64,000 nt of DNA from Pristiophorus japonicus (lineage: Eukaryota). A program made the position numbers and the translations under genes. This document shows positions 25,629 to 38,400 of the stretch, in pieces. The stretch is from NCBI RefSeq assembly GCF_044704955.1, contig NC_091999.1, positions 19,530,001 through 19,594,000 on the forward strand. The letters are read 5' to 3'. The notes beneath the pieces are model-generated. The model was not told the origin of the DNA. It ran no database searches and saw only the letters and a list, made by a program, of their open reading frames with translations. Positions within the stretch are counted from its first letter, which is position 1. Each line of letters starts with the position of its first letter.

Positions 25629-28310
25629 AACTAAAAATCATGGTGTAAAAACTAGTATGAAAACACTCTACCTAAACGCATGCAGCATTCGAAATAAAGT
25701 AAATGAGTTGAAGGCACAAATCATTACAAATGGGTATGATTTGGTTGCCATTACAGAAACGTGGTTGCAGGGTGGCAAGACTAGGAATTAAATATACCGG
25801 GGTGTCTGACAATGCGCAAAGATAGACAAGAAGGGAAAGGAGATGGGGTAGCTCGATTAATAAAGGATGATGCCAGGGCAGTTGTGAGAGACGATAATGG
25901 CTCTAATGAACAAAATGTTGAATCATTGTGGGTGGAGATTAGAGATAGTAAGGGGAAAAAGTCACTGGTGGGCGCAGTTTATAGTCCCCAAATAATAACT
26001 TCACGGTGGGGTGGGCAATAATCAAGGTAATAATGGAGGCATGTGAAAAATGAACGGCAGTCATCATGGAGGATTTTAACCTACATATTGATTGGTCAAA
26101 TCAAATCACACGGGGTAGCCTTGAGGAGGAATTCATAGAATGCATACGGGATTGTTTCTTAGAAGAGTATGTTGCAGAACCTATAAGGGAGCAATCTATA
26201 TTAGATCTGGTCCTGTCGAATGAGACAGGAATAATAAACGATCTCCGAGGAAAAGATCCTCTCAGAATGATTGATCACAGTATGGTTGAATTTGTAATAC
26301 AGATTGAGGGTGAGGAAGTAGTGCCTCAAACGAGCGTACAATGCTTAAACAAAGGGGACTACAGTGGGATGAGGGCAGAGTTGGCTAAAGTAGACTGGAA
26401 ACACAGACTAAACGCTGGCAAAATTGAGGAACAGTGGAGGACTTTTAAGGAGCTCTTTCATAGTGCTCAACAAAAATGTATTCCAGTGAAAAAGAAGGGC
26501 GGTAAGAGAAGGGATAACCAGACGTGGATAACTAAGGAAATAAAGGAGAGTATCAAATTAAAATCCAATGCGTATAAGGTGGCCAAGGTTAGTGGGAAAC
26601 TAGAAGATTGGGAACATTTTAAATGATAGCAAAGAATGACTAAGAAAGCAATAAAGAAAGGAAAGATACATTACGAAAGTAAACTTGCGCAAAACATAAA
26701 AACAGATAGTAAAATCTTCTACCGATATATGAAAGGGAAAAGATTGACGAAAGTAAATGTTGGTCCCTTAGAAGATGAGAAGAGGGATTTAATAATGGGA
26801 AATGTGGAAATGATTCAGACATTAAACAATTATTTTGCTTCGGTGTTCACAGTGGAAGGCACAAAAACCATGCCAAAAATTGCTGGTCACGGGAATGTGG
26901 GACGGGAGGACCTTGAGATTATCACTATCACGAGGGGGGTAGTGCTGGACAGGCTTATGGTATTCAAGGTCGACAAGTCCCCTGGTCCTGCTGAAATGCA
27001 TCCCAGGGTATTAAAAGAGATGGCGGAAGTTACAGCAGATGCATTCGTTATAATCTACCAAAATGCTCTGGATTCTGGGAAGGTACCATCAGATTGGAAA
27101 CAGCTAATGTAATGCCTCTGTTTAAAAACGGGGGCAGACAAAAGGCAGGTAACTATATGCCGGTTAGTTTAACATCTGTAGTGGGGAAAATGCTTTAAGC
27201 TATCATTAAGGAAGAAATAGCGGAACATCTAGATAGGAATAGTGCAATCAAGCAGACGCAACATGGATTCATGAAGGGAAAATCATGTTTAACTTATTTA
27301 CTGCAATTTTTTGGGGATATAACGAGCATGGTGGACAGAGGTGTCCAGATGGATGTGCTGTATTTAGATTTCCAAAAGGCATTCGATAAGGTGCCACACA
27401 AAAGGTTACTGCAGAAGATAAAGGTACGCGGAGTCAGAGGAAATGTATTAGCATGGATAGAGAATTGGCTGGCTAACAGAAAGCAGAGAGTCGGGGTAAT
27501 GGGTCCTTTTCGTGTTGGAAATCGGTGGTTAGTGATGTGCCATAGGGATCGGTGCTGGGAGCACAACAATTTACAATATACATAGATGACCTGGAAGAGA
27601 GGACAGAGTGTAGTGTAACTAGATTTGCAGATGACACAAAGATTAGTGAGAAAGTGGGTTGTGTAGAGGACACAGAGAGGCTGCAAAGATATTTAGATAG
27701 GTTAAGCGAATGGGCTAAGGTTTGGTAGATGGAATACAACGTCGGAAAATATGAGGTCATCTACCTTGGAAAAAAAAATCAGTAAAAGGGAATATTATTT
27801 GAATGGGGAGAAATTGCAACATGCTGCGGTGCAGAGGGACCTGGGGGTCCTTGTGCATGAATTCCAAAAAGTTAGTTTGCAGGTGCAGCAGGTAATCAGG
27901 AAGGCGAATGTAATGTTGGCCTTCATTGCGAGAGGGATGGAATACAAAAGCAGGGAGGTCCTGCTGCAACTGTACAGGGTATTGGTGAGGCCGCACCTGG
28001 AGTACTGCGTGCAGTTTTGGTCACCTTTCTTACGGATGGATATACTAGCTTTGGAGGGGGTACAGAGACGATTCACGAGGCTAATTCTGGAGATGAGGGG
28101 GTTAGCTTATGATGATAGATTAAGTAGACTGGGTCTTTACTCGTTGGAGTTCAGAAGGATGAGGGTGATCTGATAGAAACATTTAAAATAATGAAAGGGA
28201 TAGACAAGATAGAGGCAGAGAGGTTCTTTCCACTGGCCGGGGAGAATAGAACTCGGGGTCACAGCCTCAAAATACGTGGGAGCCAATTTAAAACCGAGTT
28301 GAGAAGGAAT
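25629..28310 (+). mobile_element. CR1 LINE ORF2 (APE and RT), frameshifted; same subfamily as 19949-22961
   Basis: Nearly identical peptides in both copies, e.g. LNKGDYSGMRAELAKVDWKHRL and KIKVRGVRGNVLAWIENWL. Confidence 0.95.
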
Positions 28311-28566
28311 TGTTACTTCATCAAGGAATTCAGTGACGTTTATTAAACAAGACATTCCTTTAAGCAATCCATGCTGATTATGGTTATTATATTTTGTGAT
28401 TCTACATATGGTGTTATTGATCTTTTAGTAAAGGTTCCTATATCTTTCCTACCATTGACGGTACGCTAATTGGTCTATAGTTCCATGGGCTTGCTGTGAC
28501 TCTGTTTTGATAATAGTAATCATATTTGCAGTTCGTCATTCCTCTGCCACTGTTCCCTTCCATATT

Positions 28567-28569
<3 letters not shown>

Positions 28570-28612
<43 letters not shown>
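28570..28612. repeat. (TA)n microsatellite
   Basis: Direct inspection. Confidence 0.98.
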
Positions 28613-28614
<2 letters not shown>

Positions 28615-28904
28615 GCACGGTTGCTTCTGCCATCCATTTGCTAGTCTTTTCGAATATCCACAGTTGCAATTCATGACTTGGTTATTCTTAAACTTGTATA
28701 GAGGATTTAGTATTTCCTATTCTTCTGTCTCAACTATTGTAGTATCACTCTTAAACTGCTGTACTGGTGCCATTTCCTAGTTGTTGGCAACTTCAGTGGA
28801 AACTTCAGTGGTATCTGTTCAATACTGCTACCATATCAGTATCATCTTCTGTGAGTCTATTTTGTTTATTAGCTGGAGGCCTTAACCCTATCACAGTTCT
28901 CAGT

Positions 28905-29145
28905 GTAGGTACAGCACTGGTTAGATGCAGAGTAACGCTCCCTCTACACGGCCCCAATCAAACACTCCCAGGCCAGGTACAACACGGGTTAGATAAAGAC
29001 TAAAGCTCACTCTACAGTGCCCCATCAATCACTCCCATCGCAGGTACAACACGGGTTAGATAAAGACTAAAGGTCACTCTACACTGTCCCATCAAACGCT
29101 CCCAGGGCAGGTACAGCACGGGGTTAGATACAGAGTAAAGCTCCA
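28905..29145 (-). repeat. Approximately 66-bp tandem repeat family, reverse orientation
   Basis: Reverse complement of the 8820-9290 unit. Confidence 0.85.
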
Positions 29146-29694
29146 TTACCTGGAAACTAACTTCCTCTCTGGCAACTATGTGAGGTTGAACCAGCAAGTT
29201 CGCAACCTCGGTGTTCAATCTGACCCTGAACTGAGCATTCGTTTACCATGATTACCCGGGGTTGCCACCACAGGGAAAAATCCAGAGCTGCCGTCCTGCT
29301 GAAGAATCCTTGGTCCCGTGGGCTGCTATTGGGGCCTATGGCCGCATCCCATGTTTATACAATCTGCCTGGTGTTTTTATTACCCCACTGCACCAAGTGC
29401 TCTCCTATCTGTCCTGGTCTCGCCTCCTCTCTCCCTCCTCCAAAGAGCAGCCAGCGGTCAGCACTTCATCACCTCTGGACAGTCAATCTCCAGGAATGAA
29501 CGTCTATTGTGCTGCACTATTTTTGGGAGGATTATTCTGTAATGTGGAGCATCCACGGCAAGTATAAGTGCCATTGAGTTTCTGATGAATAGATTAATAT
29601 ATTGTTTTCATTCATCGCAAGCCTGTAATTGAAATTATCCTAGGAGGCTAACCACCCATACGTTCCAGAGTGTAACTTCAAAGTTTGGCATCCA

Positions 29695-29986
29695 TAACCA
29701 AATCCCTTAAACCTAACACGTTTGCGTCATACGCTAAACATCAAAACTAAGCCTGACCCCTTTATCCTACTCCTAACACTAACATCCTAACCATAGCACC
29801 CTAACACCAACCGCAATCCCTTAAACGGTAACACAAACTCCTTAACCTTAACCCTAACTCCAGCACCCTAACCATAACACCCGAACCCCAACCGCAAACG
29901 TCCAAACAGTAACATTAACTCTGTGCCACCCGAAACACTAAGTTCTAACCTAAACCCTGACTGCAAAATATAAATTAATCCCTAAT
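29695..29986. repeat. Degenerate telomere-like (CCCTAA-type) tract
   Basis: Multiple CCCTAA, CCTTAA, CCATAA and CCCCAA hexamers. Confidence 0.7.
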
Positions 29987-30534
29987 CTGCTACTTGTTCA
30001 ACAGTGACTGATATCATTGTGGGCACATGAAAGCGACGGTGTCCACAGTCTCTCCATATAAAATATTATCTCGTTCCCTCACTTGCTGGTCCTCCAAAGG
30101 AGACCAATCATCAACAGGTGCAGTGAAGTTGGAGAGCCAAAAAGAAACAAAACGGCCACTTTGGGAATACTAATAGATGCAACGATGTTTATCACCTTGT
30201 CCAGAAAAGCAGGGTCTGCGCTTGAAGGGGGTACATTCAAAAATATTTTGAGAACATATTATTTAACTGGGCGAGTGGTCAATCTCCCTAGACATACCGT
30301 GGGAACAGTCAGTATTTATTCAGTTAAATGCAAATTATAGATTTATTTCTGAAAATAATCTTTTGGTGCACACTATTGAAGTAATTTGAGACATGATATG
30401 TTGTATGCGTAGCATGTTATGAGAAACAGGTCACTTTGGTCCCATGAGTCCTAAAGCTTTTCCCCACTGGGATTATTTCAGCTCATGTATGGGTCTATTG
30501 TAAACTAATTGATAGAGATTAATTGTTTTGACTG

Positions 30535-31680
30535 GACAACAACTGGAGTTCTTTGAGAATGTAACGAGCAGTGTGGATAAGGGGGAAGCAGTGGATGTGG
30601 TGCATTTGGATTTCCAGAAGGCATTCGATAATGAGCTAAATAAAAGGTTCTGCACAAGATAAACGTTCACAGTGTTAGCATGGATAGAGGATTGGCTAAC
30701 CAACAGAAAGTGGAGAGTCGCGATGAATGCGTCATTTTCTGGTTGGGAAACAGTAACTGTTGGGGTGTCACATGGATCGTTGCTGCGGACATAACTTTTA
30801 CCATCTATATTAATGATTTGGATAAAAGGATTGTATGTAATGTAGTAACATTTGCTGATGATACAAAGATGGGTGGGTAAGCAAGTTGAGAGGAGGACAC
30901 AATACATCTGCAAAGGGAAATAGACAGACTAAGTGAGTGGGCAAATATTTGGTAGATGGAATATACGGTGGGAAAGTGTGAGGTTATCTGCTTTAGCAGA
31001 AAATATAAAGAGCAAATTATTATTTCAATGGTGAATAATTACAAAATGATGCAGTTCAGAGGGCTCAGGCGTCCTTATGCCTGATACACAAAAGGTTATT
31101 ATGCAGGTACTCAGTAATCAAGAAGGCAAATGGATTCTTGGCATTTATTGTAAATAGGATGGAGTATAAAAGCAGAGAAGTCCAGCTACATTGTACAGGT
31201 ATTGTTGAGGTACACCGAGAGTATTGCATAGTTTTATTCTATTTATAGAGGAGGGATATAATTGCATTCGAAGCAGTTAAGAGAAGGTTTCTTTCGGTTG
31301 ATTCCTGAGTAGAATGGATTGACATGACGACATTTTGAGTTGGTTGGGCCTATACTCGTAGGAGTTCAGAAGAATGAGAAATGTTCTTATTGCAATGTAT
31401 AAGATACAGAGGTGGCTCGACAAGTTAAATGCAGTTAGGGTATTTCCACTCAAGGGGGTTTCTAGAACGAGGGGGCATCGTTTTCAGAATAAGGGTTCGC
31501 TCATTTAAAGCTGAGATGAGGAGGATTTTTTCTCTCAGAGAGTGGCAAATCTGTGGAATTCTCTTCCCCCGTGAGCTGTGAAGGCTGAGTCATTAAATAT
31601 ATTTAAGGCGGAGATAGACAGATTTTTGAGCGATATGTATGTGAAGGTTTATTGGGAACGGGCAGCGAAGTGAATGTGTA
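30535..31680 (+). mobile_element. CR1 LINE 3' portion, decayed
   Basis: LEFFENVT, DFQKAFD and TFADDTKMGG motifs. Confidence 0.9.
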
Positions 31681-32690
31681 GGGACAGTATGGTCATTACC
31701 CACTGAGTGGGGAACAATGTGTGGAGACAGTGCCAACTACCATTGCTCAGTGAGTGGGGAACAATGTGAGGGGATAGTGCGGGCTCCAATTGCCCAGTGA
31801 GTTTGAACATTGTCAGCGGACAGTGCAGGCTCCTATTGCCCAGTGAGTGGGGAACAATGTGTGGGGACAGTGCGGGCTCCCATTGCACAGTGAGTGTGAA
31901 CAATGTGAGGGGACAGTGCAGGCTCCCATTGCCCAGTGAGTGTGAACAATGTGAGGGGAAAGTGCGGGCTCCCATTGCCCAGATAAAGAAAAGATCGTGT
32001 GGAGATTGGGCGGTCTGCCTTCATACAGTGAGTGGGGAACAATGTGTGTGGAAATTATGGGCCTCCATTGTCCAGTGAGTGTGGAACAATGTGTGGGGAC
32101 AGTGCGAGCTTCTATTGCTCAATGAGTGGCGAACAACGTGTGGGGACAGTGCGGTCATTGCCCAGTGAGTATGAACTATGTTTGGGGACAGGACGGGCTC
32201 CCATTGCCCAGATGAGTGGAAACAATTTGTGGGCATCGTGCGTGCTCCCATTGCCCAGTGATTGGGAACAATGTGTGGGGATAGTGCGTGCTCCCATTGC
32301 CGAGTGATTGTGAACAATGTGTGGGGGCAGTGCGGGATCCCATTGCCCAGTGATTGGGAACAATGTGTGGGGATAGTGCGTGTTCCCATTGCCCAGTGAT
32401 TGTAGACAATGTGTAGGGAGAGTGCAGGCTCCCATTGCCGAGTGATTGGGAATACCGTGTGGGGGCAGTGCGGGCTCACATTGCCCTGTGAGTGGGAACA
32501 ATATGTGGTGAAAGTGCGGGCTCCCATTGCCCAGTGATTGTGAACAATGTGTGGAGGAAGTGCGGCCTCCCATTGCCCAGTGAGTGTGAAGAGTGTGTAG
32601 TTATAGTGCGGGCTCACATTGCCCAGTGATTGGGAACAATGTGTGGGGAGATTACGGTGATTGCCCAGTTAGTGGCAACAAAGCGTGAGG
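31680..32690 (+). repeat. 46-bp minisatellite, left arm (CCCATTGCCCAGTGAGTGGGAACAATGTGTGGGGACAGTGCGGGCT)
   Basis: Unit starts at 32247, 32293 and 32339 give a period of 46; about 20 copies. Confidence 0.95.
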
Positions 32691-34710
32691 AAAAAATCAT
32701 ATGGATGAATTACAACTATTGTACATCCCTGTCTGGCATAAAAACAAAACAGGAAATGTAGCTCAACCGTGGCTAACAAGGGAAATTAGGGATAGTATGA
32801 AATCAAAGAAAGAGGCAGATACATTGGACAGAAAAAGCAGCAAACCTGAGACTGGGAAAAATGTAGAATTCAGCAGCGGAGGATTAAGGGTTCAATTAGC
32901 AAGGGGAAAATAGATTATTAGAGTAAACATGCAGCGAACAAAAAAACAGACTGCATAAGCTTCTATAGGTATGTGAAGAGAAAATGATTAATGAAGGATA
33001 ATGTAGGTCCCTTGCAGTCACTAAGGAAATCAACTATAACCTCTCGAAAGTACGACGCACCGAGGGTCATGCGGGAAGGAGGAACTGAAGGAAATCCTTA
33101 TTTGTCAGGAAATTGTGTCAGGGAAGCTTATGGGACTGAAGGCCGATAAATCCCCAGGGCCTGATAGTCTGCATCCCAGAGTGCTTGAGGAGGTGGTGCT
33201 AGAAATAGTAGATGCATTTTTAGTTATTTTCCACAATTCCATGGACTCTGGATCACTATCTATGGATTTGAGGGTAGCTCGTGTAACTGCACTTTTAAAA
33301 AAAAGAGGGAGAGAGGAAACAGGGAATTATATAACAGTTGGCCTGACATTGATAGCGGGGAAAATGCTGGAATCAATTACTAAAGATGTAATAGCAGCGC
33401 ATTTGGAAAGTAGTGATGGGATTGGACCAAGTCAGCATGGATTTACAAAAGGAAATCATGCTTGACAAATCTTCTAGCGTTTTTTGAGGATGTAACTAGT
33501 AGAGTGGATAAGGGAGAACCAGTGGATGTGGTGTATTTCGACTATCAAAAGGCTTTTGACAAGGTCCCACAGAAGAAATTAGTGTACAAAATTAAGGCAC
33601 ATGGTATTGGGAGTAATGTATTGACTGGCTGGCAGACAGGAAGCAAAGAGCTGGAATAAACGGTTCATTTTCAGAATGGCAGGCAGTGACAAGTGGGGTG
33701 TCGCAATGTGCTGGGGCCCAAGCTATTTAAAATATACCTTAATGATTTAGACGAAGGAATTGAATCTAATATCTCCAAGTTTGCAGATGACACCAAACTG
33801 GGTGGAAGTGTGAGCTGTGAGAATGATGCTCAGAGGCTGCAGAGTGACTTGGACAGGTTAGGTGAATGGGCAACTGCACGACAGATGCAATAGAATGTGA
33901 ATAAATGTGAGGTTATCCACTTTGGTGGCAAAAACAGGAAGGCAGATTATTATCTGAATGGTGACAGATTAGGAAAAGGGGAAGTGGAAAAAGACCGAGG
34001 TGTCTTGGCACAGCAATCACTGAAGATAGGCATGCAGTTACAGCGGGCTGCAAAGAAAGCAAATGGCGTGTTGACCTTCATAATGAGAGGATTTCAGTAT
34101 ACGAGCAGTGAGTTCTTACTGCAACTGTACACGGCCTTAGTGAGACCACACCTTGAGTATTATGTGCAGTTTTGGTCTCTCAATCTGAGGAAGGACGTGC
34201 TTGCTATTGAGGGAGTGCAGCGAAGGTTCACCAGACTAATTCCCGCGTTGGCAGCACTGACATATGAAGAAAGAATGGATCGGTTAGGCTTATACACACA
34301 GGAATTTAGAAGAATGAGAGAGGATCTCATAGAAACATAACATTATGACGGGACTGGACAGGTTAGATGCAGCAAGAATGTTCCCGATGTTGGGCAACTC
34401 TAGAAGCAGGGGTCAAAGGCTAAGGATTAGGGGTAAGCCATATGGAACAGAGATGAGGAGACACTTTTTCACACAGAGAGTGGAGAACCTGTGGAATTCT
34501 CTAGAACAGAAAGTTGCTGATTCCAGTTCGTTGGATATATTCAAGAGGGAGTTAGATGTCGCCCGCACATATAAGGGGATCAGGGGGTATGGAGAGAAGT
34601 CGGGAGTTGGAGTACTGAAGTTGCCTGATCAGCCATGACCATATTGAATGGCGGTATGTGCTCGGAGGGCGGAATGGCCTGCTCCTGCAACTATGTTCTA
34701 TGTTTCTATG
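32691..34710 (+). mobile_element. CR1 LINE inserted into the 46-bp minisatellite
   Basis: KSPGPDSLHPRVL, KFADDTKLGG, LVRPHLEYYVQFW; (TTCTATG)n tail at about 34692-34710. Confidence 0.94.
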
Positions 34711-35210
34711 ACAGTGCGTGCTCCCATTGCGCAGTGAATGGGGAACAATGTTTGGGGACAGAGCGGGCTCCCATTGCCCAATGAGTGGGAACAATGTGTG
34801 GAAAATGTGCGGTCATTGCCCAATGAGTGGGAACAATGTGTGGGGGCAGTGCGGGCTCCTATTGCCCAGTGAGTAGGAACAATGTGTGGTGACAGTGCGG
34901 GCTCCCATTGCCCAGTGAGTGGGAACAATGTGTGGGGATAGTTCGTGCTCCCATTGCCCAGTGAATGTGAACAATGTTTGGGGACAGTGCGGGCTCCCAT
35001 TGCCCAGTGTGTGTGAACAATGTGTGGGCACAGTGCGGCCTCCCAATTGCCCATTGAGTGGGAACAATGTTTGGGGACAGTGCGGGCTCCCATTGCCCAG
35101 TGAATGTGAACAATGTTTGGGGACAGTGCGTGCTCCCATTACCCAGTGAATGTGACAATGTGTGGGAGCAGTGCAGGCTCCCATTGCCCAGAGAAAGAGC
35201 AACATTGTGT
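34711..35210 (+). repeat. 46-bp minisatellite, right arm
   Basis: Same unit, about 10 copies. Confidence 0.95.
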
Positions 35211-35576
35211 GCAGACAAAGCCGCCTCCCTGTTAAGAGCATGCCCGACCTTAAAGAAAGAAACAATTTCCAGCGGGAATGTTGGGTCATTTGATTAAAAT
35301 GTTAAACTTGATCTCCTATCACAGGTCCGTGGTCGCACTCTCGGTCTCCGACTTTAATGTAGAAATAAACCACGGCCTTAGTCCACGCCGAAAAAATAAA
35401 TGGAAACTTACTGAGAACGGGTAACAGCACTGAATTGTGCGCTAATGCGCTGTTGCTCATATATCCTTAAATTCACATTGGGTATGGACCTTACAGCGAG
35501 TGACTGTGTACCTGGGAGCGGAGGCCCCGTCTGACACGGGAAAGGAGATCACAATTCATTATATACTTTACTCTGT

Positions 35577-36463
35577 TTAGAATTGAAATAATTTAACAAT
35601 GAGACTCAGTGGATATTTCATCCCATTCTTTACCTCCTCTCTGAATTTACTCTGGGTCCCTGCATAAATAAACGGGTTGATGCAGGAACTAAAAAGATGA
35701 AGCATATATCCACATTCCTCCAGGATAATATTTGATTCATTGACAGTGGAACCTGAGAAATAACTAACGCTCCCAATCTGGACAGAGATGAAAGTTCTAA
35801 GTAATAAAACATTTAACATGATGAAACTGCCCGAGATACAGAAGAGTAAAACGATGGAATTTCTTCGCTTCTGCATCTCTGGATCGTGTGGATTCTCTCC
35901 ATTGCTGTTGGCACGGAGTCTCCTACGGGCTCTACTGGCCGCTAGAATGTACTTGATGGCCAATGCATTGAGCAGTAAAATCAGAATGAATAGGAGACAT
36001 GGGGTTAAAATGTGGAACATCCAGTCATATGCTACCCAAGCTGTTGATGTATAAAATTTTTCTTATGCTGCAGAACCAGGGTATGTTGTTAACTGTGTAC
36101 AAAGGTTCATATATAAAATACAAGAAGGTATTCTTTAAGCAGCTCATTGAACAGACCGTGCTAATAACCACTGCCACGGTTTTCTCGGTGCAATATTGTG
36201 CTTTCTCCTTATGGCAACAAATGGCCACAAATCGATCAAAGGTGAACAGTCTATGGTTGCATAGATTAGGGCAACATGGAAACGACAGATCGGAGTGATG
36301 GACAAGTAACTAAATGGGAAATAAATACCTACAATCCGGTTTAATATCACAGCGGTGAAAATGACCAGCAGATCCGTTACGGCCATGGCCACCAGGTACC
36401 GAGTGATACATCTGGAGAGACCACACCTTCCTCGAGGCAGGATCACAATGACTGCCACGTTAG
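35577..36463 (-). pseudogene. GPR139/GPR142-like class A GPCR main exon, frameshifted
   Basis: Splice acceptor tctctctgttacag, then (A)NVAVIVIL.RGRCGLSRCITRYLVAMAVTDLL, FDRFVAIC, YCTEKT, ILTPCLLF, LFCISGSF and CINPFIYAGTQSKFREE. The reading frame is split over three ORFs, with a deletion just before the DRF motif. Confidence 0.88.
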
Positions 36464-37187
36464 CTGTAACAGAGAGAGAATGTGTGAGACAGAGAGGAAG
36501 CGAGTGAATATGTGTGAGAAAGGGACAGAGCCAGTGAATATGTGTGATTGAGCGAGAACAGTAATATTACTGGTCCGACTCCAGGCAAAATCATCCATTT
36601 GGCAGGATTCTGTGTGAAATTTAAAACTTTGACTACGTAATTTATTAATCTTCCGGATAAAACATTTGACAAGCCAATGACTTCGGAATGTAAAATAATG
36701 TAAAGAATGATAACGGAGAAAAGTAACATATCGGGAAACCTGGAAACCAAAATGGGGTCATCAGATTGACAACAAAAATAACATCTCAGTAGCGCTTACA
36801 GAAGATATTTGAGAGGTTATTCAGAAGAGGTAACAAGAAAATAGGAAGAATGCATTAAAATGGATTGTGTACTGCTGCTGACCGTAAACACTCTAATCTA
36901 ATTAATTACTGTAAAATTATTCACTATTGGAAAATTCAGCAGTCAACTTGCACAAATATATTCCCAAACAGCGAGGTGCAAACACCGAACTCTGCTGCTG
37001 ATGATCACCTTGGATCGGCGGTGTCGATCTGACCCATTGGAACTGGCAGGTGATGAGGACTCATTAAGTTAAAGGCCCCTCCAACAATGCAATACTTGTT
37101 CTGTACTACGCTGTCAGGATAAATGATTGGCTTAGTCCCAGAGTGGATATTGAACGATAAGTTCTGTAACTCAGATACCAGAGATGT

Positions 37188-37951
37188 AACCAGTTATGCG
37201 GCGTCAGTCCATGTCTCGAAAAGTTTGAAGACGAGGACAATCCGGGACATTGCCAGGTGTCATGACCAGAAGGCACTCCCAGTCACAGCAGCGGTCGCTG
37301 TAGAACTCGCAGCAGCAGCGAATGTGGAAGAGAAGTGCCAGGCTGAACCAGTGAGAGTTAGAGTTGGAGAGCAGTAACGCTTGCTGTGTGAGTTTTTGGC
37401 AAATATAGATTCATGCATAAAACGGCCATATATTGCACTGCTTATATTTATGTCAACAATTCACCACCTAATAATGTATTTTCAATAAATGAATTCATTA
37501 AATTTCATTGGCGAATAATCGGAATTAATGAACAATTTGTAGAACTGAGCCAGACACTGCCAATATCAACAACACAATGGAACGACATCCTCATCATCAT
37601 CATAGGCAGTCCCTCGTATTCGAGGATAACTTGTTTCCACTCTAAAAGTGAGTTTGCGGGTGACTGCAGAACATACAGTCTCTGTTAGAGGTGGGGCAGA
37701 CAGTGCTTGAAGAGAAGGATGAGTGGGAACCAGTTATGCGGCGTCAGTCCATGTCTAGAAAAGTTTGAAGACGAGGACAATCCGGGACATTGCCAGGTGT
37801 CATGACCAGAAGGCACTCCCAGTCACAGCAGCGGTCGCTGTAGAACTCGCAGCAGCAGCGAATGTGGAAGAGAAGTGCCAGGCTGAAACAGTGAGAGTTA
37901 GAGTTGGAGAGCAGTAACGCTTGCTGTGTGAGTTTTTGGCAAATATAGATT
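37188..37951 (+). repeat. 224-bp near-identical direct duplication (37188-37411 and 37728-37951)
   Basis: Offset 540 bp; only about two substitutions seen by eye. Confidence 0.95.
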
Positions 37952-38400
37952 TGCTCCTTCCCATGCTCCTTCCGGTAAATACATTTGGTTTCTACTTGTT
38001 CTCGGCGATGGGACTCGAGGTGCTCAGCGCTCTGCTGGATGCTCTTTCTCCACATAGGGCGGTCGTGATCCAGGAGTTCCCAGCAATCTGTGGGGATGTT
38101 GCATTCTATCAAGGAGACTTTGAGGGTATCCTTGAAGCGGTTCCTCTGCCCACCTGGGTCTCGCTTGCCTTGTCGAAGCTCCGCATAGAGTGCATGCTTT
38201 GGGAATCTCGTGTCGGGCATGCGGACCAGGTGGCCTGTCCATTGGAGTTGATCGAGAGTGGTCAGTGCTTCGATGCTTGTTATGTTGGCCTGAGCGAGAA
38301 TACTGACGTTGGTGCGTGTGTCCTGCCAATGGATTTGCAGGATCTTGGGGAGGAAGAGCTGGTGGTACTTCGCCCACCTGTTAAGGTGCCTGCTGTATAT
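37586..38400 (-). mobile_element. RTE LINE 3' end, interrupted by the 224-bp duplicate
   Basis: SIEALTTLDQLQWTGHLVRMPDTRFPK; (TGA)n tail at about 37586-37603. Confidence 0.88.

Noticed and set aside
31649-35297. His/Cys-rich ORFs in several frames that resemble metal-binding proteins
   Set aside because: Products of the 46-bp minisatellite; the same peptides rotate through all frames.
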